The translations under genes were made by a program, and so were the position numbers. DNA of 15,172 nt from Candidatus Muiribacteriota bacterium (GTDB lineage: Bacteria > Muiribacteriota > Muiribacteriia > Muiribacteriales > Muiribacteriaceae): the NCBI GenBank assembly GCA_051747805.1, contig JBNJGP010000068.1:1-15172 (forward strand), read 5' to 3'. Positions 1 through 6,117 of the stretch are shown one piece after another (within the stretch, counting starts at the first letter, position 1; each line of letters starts with the position of its first letter). The notes beneath the pieces are model-generated. The model made no database searches. It was not told where the DNA came from and was given only the letters and a program-made list of their open reading frames with translations.

Positions 1-102
1 CATAGAAAATATCGCATAGGTAATTATAGAATAATTTATAAAGTTGAAAATAAAAATTTACTTATTTTAAAAATTGGACATAGAAAAGAAATTTATAAAT
101 AA
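1..102 (+). CDS. relE: 3' part of a RelE/StbE (RelE/ParE superfamily) type II toxin, truncated by the window edge
   Basis: Manual translation of frame +1 gives HRKYRIGNYRIIYKVENKNLLILKIGHRKEIYK* (TAA 100-102). This matches the typical RelE C-terminus (YRxRIGxYRIIY...IGHRKEIY). Not in the ORF track. Confidence 0.85.
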   Translation, partial: HRKYRIGNYRIIYKVENKNLLILKIGHRKEIYK

Positions 103-121
103 TCTTTTTTTTGTTATTTTT

Positions 122-248
122 CAGCAATTCTCAATGAAAATAGAGAAAATCCTTGATTTGATGGGGTCAGCGCCGACATCACTTTGCGAAAAAGCAAAGT
201 GTGTAGGCCTGACCACTAAAGGATTTTCGGCTAAATTGAGAATTGCTG
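122..248. mobile_element. 127-bp MITE-like non-autonomous element with 14-bp terminal inverted repeats and a 9-bp target-site duplication
   Basis: CAGCAATTCTCAAT (122-135) is the exact reverse complement of ATTGAGAATTGCTG (235-248). The direct repeat GTTATTTTT flanks it at 113-121 and 249-257. Internal nested inverted repeats: 145-154/219-228, 165-170/209-214, 181-187/194-200. Confidence 0.85.
163..217. repeat. REP-like imperfect palindrome, copy 1 (GGGGTCWGYGCCGA-Nn-GGCCTGACCACT)
   Basis: GGGGTCAGCGCCGA (163-176) ... GGCCTGACCACT (206-217). The same two arms recur at 15038-15088 with a different interior. Confidence 0.7.
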
Positions 249-327
249 GTTATTTTTGAAGTAATATAATTTTAAGCCGTGAGAAACAGATTAGAGCTAT
301 GACAGCAAAACATTACGAAAAAAGTCC

Positions 328-341
328 ATTGAGAATTGCTG
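328..341. repeat. Third, unpaired copy of the MITE terminal repeat (right-end orientation)
   Basis: ATTGAGAATTGCTG is identical to 235-248. Its 9-bp right flank CTCATTTGT has no visible match upstream within the window. Confidence 0.8.
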
Positions 342-358
342 CTCATTTGTTAATTGAT

Positions 359-387
359 TTGCATTAAAATTTTTAATGTTTTATAAT
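359..387 (+). promoter_or_regulatory. sigma70/sigmaA-type promoter of the STAS-yhaM-TPR-omega cluster
   Basis: TTGCAT (359-364), 17-bp spacer, TATAAT (382-387). The ATG at 394 follows after a 6-nt gap. Confidence 0.65.
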
Positions 388-393
388 AACAAC

Positions 394-735
394 ATGTTAA
401 AAATAGAAGTTTTTGAAAAAGAAAATATATCATATTTAAAGTTGACAGGTGATGTTGATTATAATTATGAAGTAGAATTAAAATCAAAAATTGAAACAAT
501 GCTGACAAATCCAAAAACCATAGTTGTTAATCTTGAAGAGGTTCATTATATTGACAGCATCGGACTTTCGATAATGACATATTTAAAAAAACAGCTTCTT
601 AAACACCATAAAAAACTATATTTTTATAAACCTTATGAACAGATAAAAAAAGTTTTTTTAATGACAAGATTTGACCATATAATACCTATAGTAGAGTCAA
701 GAGAAGAATTACAAAAAATAGAGAGGGAAGGCTGA
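394..735 (+). CDS. STAS-domain anti-sigma factor antagonist (SpoIIAA/RsbV-like)
   Basis: Contains LKLTGDVD, IVVNLEEVHYIDSIGL (conserved D-S-x-G-L phosphoacceptor motif) and IKKVFLMTRFD. Start moved from 376 to 394 because 376 lies inside the predicted promoter. Confidence 0.88.
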   Translation: MLKIEVFEKENISYLKLTGDVDYNYEVELKSKIETMLTNPKTIVVNLEEVHYIDSIGLSIMTYLKKQLLKHHKKLYFYKPYEQIKKVFLMTRFDHIIPIVESREELQKIEREG

Positions 736-740
736 CAAAA

Positions 741-1727
741 ATGTCTGCTGAAGAAACTGTTAATATACAGGATATAAAACCTGGGTCTAATAATATTATT
801 ATCGAAGGTGTTGCCGCAAGCATAGAAAAAAAAGATTTTGCCTCAAAACCCGGACAGTATCTAGATATTGAAATTTCTGATAAAACTGGCAGGATTAAAG
901 CAAGGAAATGGGATAATATTGAGCAGGCTGAGAATATTTCTGTTTCTGACGTTGTTTTAATCACCGGAAAAGCTTCACAATATAGAGGTAATTTGCAGTT
1001 TGTAATTAAAGATTTAAAAAAACTTCCTGATAAAAAACCACAGTATTATCTTGAAAGTTATGATAAGATTAAAGTTCAGACTTCATTTAATGAGATTAAA
1101 AAGAATATCGAAAAAGTTCAAAACCCTTTTTTACAGAAACTTATAAAGCTGTTTTTGCAGGATAGCTCTTTTATAAAGAATTTTTTAACAGCACCGGCCG
1201 CAAAAGGTTATCATCATAATAAAATTGGAGGACTTGTCATTCATACATGCGCTGTAATGCGAGTATGTATCGAGCTTGCACGCAGCTACGAGGATTCTCA
1301 TATAAACAGTGATTTATTAATTGCAGGGGCTTTTTTCCATGATATTGGTAAGGTAAAAGAATATGATTTTACAACAGTTATTGATATAAATGATTACGGG
1401 AAATTACTCGGACATATTACAATTGGTATTTGCATGATACATGAAAAAATAAAAAAAATTACCAACTTCCCCTCAAATTTAGAGCTTCTACTTAAACATA
1501 TTATTCTTTCGCATCACGGTGAATTTGAATGGGGTTCCCCTAAAAAGCCCGCGCTGCTTGAGGCTCTAATATTGCATTATGCTGATAATATAGACGCAAA
1601 AATTGAAGGTATATCCATGCTTGAAAGAGAGGCTAGAAAAAAAGGAGAAAGCTGGAGTCCGAGATATGATGGAAGAAATTTCTTAGTAAAAGACCTTGAA
1701 AATAATATAGAGCAGGAGCTGTTTTAA
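741..1727 (+). CDS. yhaM: YhaM/Cbf1-family 3'-5' exoribonuclease (N-terminal OB fold + HD domain)
   Basis: OB-fold segment YLDIEISDKTGRIKARKW...GKASQYRGNLQF. HD-domain motifs PAAKGYHH..GGL..HT, FHDIGKVKEY, LLGHI, ILSHHG..EWGSP, EALILHYADNIDAK. Purine-rich GAGGGAAGG lies upstream. Confidence 0.85.
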   Translation: MSAEETVNIQDIKPGSNNIIIEGVAASIEKKDFASKPGQYLDIEISDKTGRIKARKWDNIEQAENISVSDVVLITGKASQYRGNLQFVIKDLKKLPDKKPQYYLESYDKIKVQTSFNEIKKNIEKVQNPFLQKLIKLFLQDSSFIKNFLTAPAAKGYHHNKIGGLVIHTCAVMRVCIELARSYEDSHINSDLLIAGAFFHDIGKVKEYDFTTVIDINDYGKLLGHITIGICMIHEKIKKITNFPSNLELLLKHIILSHHGEFEWGSPKKPALLEALILHYADNIDAKIEGISMLEREARKKGESWSPRYDGRNFLVKDLENNIEQELF

Positions 1728-3589
1728 TGGAAACAAAAAATAATTCAATAAACCCGAAAGACTTATTAGAAGAGGCAATTGTTTACCATAAAGCCGGTGA
1801 ATATGATAGTGCAGTAAATTTTTACAAAAAAATTCTCTCGCGTGAACCTTCTAATGAGGTTGCAAATAATAATCTTGGTATTATCTATGTAACCAGAGAA
1901 AACTATGATAAAGCAATAGAATGTTTCGGCAGTATTTTAAAAATTTATCCTAATAATGTTGATGCGGCCTTTAATCTTGGTAAGGCTTTTATGATGAAAG
2001 AGGATTTCATTAATGCCTCTAGAAGTTTTGAAAAAGCTAATAAACTTGCCCCGAGAGATAAAGAAGTTCTGAAAAATCTTGCTTTCAGCTATAAAAATTC
2101 CGGGGATTTTGAAAAAGCCCTGATTAACTTCAGACAGGTTTTGAATTTTGATGAAAATGATGCCTCGGTTTTATATCAGATTGCAGAAATTTATTATTTA
2201 ACTGAAAATTTTGAGAGGGCAAGCGAGTTCTGTTTAAAAATTCTAAACCGTGTATCTGAAGACTGGAAGGCGAGAGGACTTCTTGCTGATAGTTTTTTTT
2301 ATATGAAAAAATTTAATGAGGCACTTGATATAATTAAGAAATTAATTGAGGATTATCCTGATAATCTTCTTTTCAGGGAAAAACTTGCCGATTATTATCT
2401 TGAAAAGGGTGATTTTTCTGAGGCCCTTTATCAACTTGAAACAATTCTTTCAAAAGACCCGGGGAATATTAATTATTTAAATCGCTATCGGGAAATAAAA
2501 AGTCAGCTATATAAAACAGAAGAAAAGGCTTTTTCAAGCGAACTTGAATCTAGCTATGAGGAAAAACTAAAACTGAAGGCTAAAAAATACTTTGAAAAAG
2601 AAGACTATAATGGAATGATAAGGGAATTTACTACAGAGCTTATTAATAACTCCAACAATCTTTTTCTTTTAAAAAGTATTGCCAGAGCGTATTGTCGTCT
2701 GGAAAACTATGAAGAGGCCGTAAAATACTATGACAGATATCTGAAAAAAGAAAAAGGTGATTCTGAAATAACATATGAATATGCAAATGTTTTAAATAAA
2801 CTTGGGAATTTTTTAGAGGCCCATAAATTTACCGAGCTGGCTATTCAAAAAGGGGAAATTAACGAAGAACTTTTGCTTCTTCAAACAGAAAACCTTATTA
2901 GACTTGGCAGAGTTGAAGATGCAATTTCTCTGCTGGAAAAAAACGTAAACAAAATATGCGCAGCAAAAATATACAAAAAACTTGGAAACCTGTATAAAAT
3001 TTTAAATAATAATACTGCTGCCTATAATATATGGCATAAGGCAACAAAATTATTTCCTGAAAACAATTTTTTCAATATGCTTCTTGCCCAGATTTCAGAT
3101 GAGGATAAAAATTACAGGCTTTCTCTTAAACATATTAAAAAGTTTCTTGAAAATTCACCTGATGATTTTAAGGCCCTTAATTTGCTTGCAAGAAATCATC
3201 TGGAACTTAAAAAGCCCCGGGAGGCTTTTGCTGTATGGAGTGATATAATTGATAAGCGACCAAAAACTGATTATGATATAGTTATAAAGGGCAGGATTTT
3301 GCTTTTTACCGAAAGATATGAAGAAGCGCTTAAGCAACTTGAACTGATAGAAGATAAGTTCAAACACACCCCGGAATTTATGTTTTTACGTGGGCTTGCC
3401 TTTTTAATGAAGGATGATTATAATAGTTGTATAAATTTATGGAATAAAGCTTCAGAAATTGACGAGGATTTAATTAGAAAAGAGTTTTTGTTTATTTCTA
3501 AGTATTTTGATAAAACAAAGTTAAAAAATCTTTTAAAAAGGTGGAACAAGTATGAAAGTGAAATTATATCCTTTAGATCGAATATTTGA
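1727..3589 (+). CDS. Tetratricopeptide-repeat protein (620 aa, TPRs along most of its length)
   Basis: Repeated ~34-aa helical units such as ANNNLGIIY...YDKAIECF...YP, AAFNLGKAF...ASRSFEKANKLAP and VLKNLAFSY...FEKALINFRQVL. TAATG stop/start overlap with yhaM; AGGAG upstream. Confidence 0.88.
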   Translation: METKNNSINPKDLLEEAIVYHKAGEYDSAVNFYKKILSREPSNEVANNNLGIIYVTRENYDKAIECFGSILKIYPNNVDAAFNLGKAFMMKEDFINASRSFEKANKLAPRDKEVLKNLAFSYKNSGDFEKALINFRQVLNFDENDASVLYQIAEIYYLTENFERASEFCLKILNRVSEDWKARGLLADSFFYMKKFNEALDIIKKLIEDYPDNLLFREKLADYYLEKGDFSEALYQLETILSKDPGNINYLNRYREIKSQLYKTEEKAFSSELESSYEEKLKLKAKKYFEKEDYNGMIREFTTELINNSNNLFLLKSIARAYCRLENYEEAVKYYDRYLKKEKGDSEITYEYANVLNKLGNFLEAHKFTELAIQKGEINEELLLLQTENLIRLGRVEDAISLLEKNVNKICAAKIYKKLGNLYKILNNNTAAYNIWHKATKLFPENNFFNMLLAQISDEDKNYRLSLKHIKKFLENSPDDFKALNLLARNHLELKKPREAFAVWSDIIDKRPKTDYDIVIKGRILLFTERYEEALKQLELIEDKFKHTPEFMFLRGLAFLMKDDYNSCINLWNKASEIDEDLIRKEFLFISKYFDKTKLKNLLKRWNKYESEIISFRSNI

Positions 3590-3761
3590 TAAAACAGGAA
3601 ACAAATATATCTCTACACGTATTATTATGGACAGGGCTATACAGAAGTCAGAAAAAAACCGGCTTCTTGCACTTGAACTAAATAAACAACCTGATAATCG
3701 AGATGTAATTGAAGAATCTGTAAAAGAATTTCTAACAGATGAATTAGAGCATACGCTTTAA
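3552..3761 (+). CDS. rpoZ: Probable DNA-directed RNA polymerase omega subunit (divergent)
   Basis: 69 aa. YPLDRIFDKTGNKY-x8-RAIQ has the spacing of the omega motif (N/S)(R/K)Y-x8-RARQ. The C-terminal DVIEESVKEF aligns with omega KP(T/V)xxAxxEI. SD-like AAGGTGG lies 7 nt before the ATG. Recognised by eye only. Confidence 0.6.
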   Translation: MKVKLYPLDRIFDKTGNKYISTRIIMDRAIQKSEKNRLLALELNKQPDNRDVIEESVKEFLTDELEHTL

Positions 3762-4781
3762 ATAATATTTGAATCTTTGAATTAATTTAGAGAATTCTAC
3801 TTTTTCAACAGGTTTTCCTTTCATAAAAATTATACCACAGGATTTGCCTCCGGCAATTCCTATATCCGCTTCTTTAGATTCGCCGGGCCCGTTTACAACA
3901 CAGCCCATTACGGCTATTTTTAAAGGTTTTTTTATGTTTTCTGTAATTTGGTTAACCTCGTTTGCAAGCTCAATTAAATTTATTTCACATCTTCCACATG
4001 TCGGACAGGAAATTATTTCTGGAATATTTACTTGTTGCCCCATGTACTTAAGAAGCTTTAAACTTGTTTTTATTTCATCAATCGGAGGGGCGCTGAGCGA
4101 GATTCTGAAAGTATCAACTAGACCCTTCCAGAGCAAAATTCCGATTCCCGCACTGGATTTTATTATCCCATGTTCTGGAATTCCAGCCTCGGTAATTCCG
4201 GCGTGAAAGGGATATGGACATTTATGGGCAAGCTCTTCATAGGCGTTGACTGTGAGAGTTATATCAGATGATTTTAAACTGATAACAAGATTTGAAAAGT
4301 TATTTTTTTCAAAAAAATCAATGTAATTTAACGCGCAGTCAACCATTGCCTCAGAGGTTGGATAGGAGTATTTTTTAGGAAGACTTCCGGAATTTACACC
4401 AATTCTGATAGGACAGTTGAAATCAGAGGCAACTTTAATAACTTCTTTTATTTTTTTATCACTACCTATATTTCCCGGATTTATTCGGATTTTGTCCGCT
4501 CCCCTCAAAATAGATTTAATAGCGAGTTTATAATCAAAATGAATATCTGCTACAACAGGTAGGGAGGATTTAAAGCATATATCTTTAAGGCTTTCTGCAT
4601 CAGAATCATCTTTAACGGCAAGCCTTATTATATCGCAGCCGGCGCTGGATAGCTCTTTTATCTGACATAAAATACTATCGACTTTTTTTGTTGGCGTCGT
4701 CAGCATTGTCTGAGTGGTAACCGGTTCTCCACCCCCAATATACGTATTTTTAATTTTAATTTTTTTTGATTTTCTTCTCAT
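3744..4781 (-). CDS. ispG: 4-hydroxy-3-methylbut-2-en-1-yl diphosphate synthase (GcpE), short two-domain form
   Basis: Motifs VADIHFDY, KIRINPGNIG, IRIGVNSGSL, HAGITEAG, and the [4Fe-4S] ligands ISCPTCGRC and AVMGCVVNGPGE. Confidence 0.97.
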   Translation of the reverse strand: MRRKSKKIKIKNTYIGGGEPVTTQTMLTTPTKKVDSILCQIKELSSAGCDIIRLAVKDDSDAESLKDICFKSSLPVVADIHFDYKLAIKSILRGADKIRINPGNIGSDKKIKEVIKVASDFNCPIRIGVNSGSLPKKYSYPTSEAMVDCALNYIDFFEKNNFSNLVISLKSSDITLTVNAYEELAHKCPYPFHAGITEAGIPEHGIIKSSAGIGILLWKGLVDTFRISLSAPPIDEIKTSLKLLKYMGQQVNIPEIISCPTCGRCEINLIELANEVNQITENIKKPLKIAVMGCVVNGPGESKEADIGIAGGKSCGIIFMKGKPVEKVEFSKLIQRFKYYLKRML

Positions 4782-4783
4782 TT

Positions 4784-5944
4784 TTAATAAAAGTTTTTAG
4801 CCTCATATTCTGTTTTAATTAAAATTTCTTTATGATAGTAAAAAATATCCTCAATATTTTTAATTTTCAGGCTGCTGTAATTATCAAGCATATTATTAAT
4901 AAGTTGAGGAATCTCTATAAAGTTTATTTTTTTCTTTAAAAAAAGTTCAACCGCTTTTTCGTTAGAAGAATTAAGTACTAATGAGGCGGCAGTCCCTGCA
5001 CGTCCAGATTCATAGGCTAAGTTCAAACAAGGGAATCTTTTAAAATCCGGTTTTTTCAGGGTTAATTTTTTGCATTTTAATAAATTAAATGTATGAGAGG
5101 TGTTTTTTTTCCTGTCAGGATATGTAAAAGAATATTGAATTGGACCCACCATATCAGAGGGGCCCAGCTGGGCAAAAATATTGCCGTCAATAAATTCAAC
5201 AAGAGAATGAATAATACTTTCAGGATGTACTGCTACCATAATTTTATCGTAACTCATATTAAAAAGATGATTGGCTTCAATAACTTCCAAACCTTTATTC
5301 ATAAGGGTGGCAGAGTCTATTGTTATTTTATTTCCCATTACCCAGTTAGGGTGTTTTAGAGCGTCGGCCGGGGTTATAGATTCGAAGTTGTTTTTTCTGT
5401 TTAAAAACGGACCACCAGAGGCAGTAAGCCAAAGTTTATCTATTTCATTAAATCGACCAGCTTCGCTACATTGAAATATTGCAGAATGTTCGCTGTCCAC
5501 AGGGATAATTTCAATATTGTTTTTTCTGGCTGCCGCTATTACAAACTCCCCGGCAATAACCAGACTTTCTTTGTTTGCCAGACAAAGACGTTTCTGATAC
5601 AGGACAGAGGTCCATGTAATTTTTAAACCCGCCCCCCCAACAACAGCATTAAGCACAATATCAAAATCTTCATTTTTTAAAATATCACAGGCAGAGTCAA
5701 GTCCATTAAAAATTCTGGTAGTTATATTTTTTCCAAAATCAACATTTTTTAATTTATCGTAGTTTTTACTTGAGGTAATTATTGCAAATTCAGGATTGAA
5801 ATCTTTAATAATATTGACTGTATCAATATAATTTGAATGTGAGGTGAACCCCTTTAAAGAAAAAAAATCAGAAAACTCCCTGATTATTTTAAGGGCATTC
5901 TGACCGATAGAGCCAGTTATTCCAGCTATAAAAATATTTTTCAT
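4784..5944 (-). CDS. dxr: 1-deoxy-D-xylulose 5-phosphate reductoisomerase
   Basis: NADPH-binding GITGSIG, plus LANKESLV, PVDSEHSAIFQ, LTASGGPF, HPNWVMGNKITIDSATLMNKGLEVIEA. Start set at MKNIFIAG (5944) rather than 5995 because Dxr normally begins just before the GxTGSIG motif. Confidence 0.97.
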   Translation of the reverse strand: MKNIFIAGITGSIGQNALKIIREFSDFFSLKGFTSHSNYIDTVNIIKDFNPEFAIITSSKNYDKLKNVDFGKNITTRIFNGLDSACDILKNEDFDIVLNAVVGGAGLKITWTSVLYQKRLCLANKESLVIAGEFVIAAARKNNIEIIPVDSEHSAIFQCSEAGRFNEIDKLWLTASGGPFLNRKNNFESITPADALKHPNWVMGNKITIDSATLMNKGLEVIEANHLFNMSYDKIMVAVHPESIIHSLVEFIDGNIFAQLGPSDMVGPIQYSFTYPDRKKNTSHTFNLLKCKKLTLKKPDFKRFPCLNLAYESGRAGTAASLVLNSSNEKAVELFLKKKINFIEIPQLINNMLDNYSSLKIKNIEDIFYYHKEILIKTEYEAKNFY

Positions 5945-5951
5945 AATAGAT

Positions 5952-5979
5952 ATTTTACATTTTTTTATTAATTTTGCAA
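5952..5979 (-). promoter_or_regulatory. Putative sigma70-type promoter of dxr-ispG
   Basis: The minus strand reads TTGCAA (5979-5974), 16 bp, TAAAAT (5957-5952), 7 nt, then ATG (5944). The AT-rich context lowers specificity. Confidence 0.45.
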
Positions 5980-6038
5980 ATTGAATCCTAACCATTTTTA
6001 ATTGATAATTATTAATTTTTCATAGTTTTTTTGCTCCT

Positions 6039-6075
6039 GCTGTCACCCCGGCGATGTTTTGTGCCGGGGTCCAGC
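6039..6075. repeat. GC-rich stem-loop (REP-like palindrome or terminator-like hairpin)
   Basis: ACCCCGGC (6045-6052) pairs with GCCGGGGT (6063-6070). Outer GCTG (6039-6042) pairs with CAGC (6072-6075). Followed by only TTT. Confidence 0.65.
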
Positions 6076-6117
6076 TTTAAGCTTCGTTTTTATATTTAAT
6101 ATTATGTTTTTTGTTTC

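Noticed and set aside
163..217. tRNA or tRNA fragment suggested by the GGGGTC...ACCA ends (also 15038-15088)
   Set aside because: It is a single long hairpin of 51-55 nt with no cloverleaf and no TTCRA T-loop motif.
74..259. 61-aa + strand ORF
   Set aside because: It overlaps the RelE-like frame, runs through the palindromic MITE, starts at TTG without an SD, and has no recognisable motif.
376..393. ORF-track start of the STAS gene at 376
   Set aside because: It lies between the predicted -35 and -10 boxes; ATG 394 gives a typical STAS length.
686..964. 92-aa - strand ORF
   Set aside because: Antisense shadow of the STAS and yhaM genes with no motif.
3155..3367. 70-aa - strand ORF
   Set aside because: Antisense shadow inside the TPR gene.
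3844..5474. + strand ORFs 3844-4206, 5093-5359 and 5271-5474
   Set aside because: Antisense shadows of the well-supported ispG and dxr genes.
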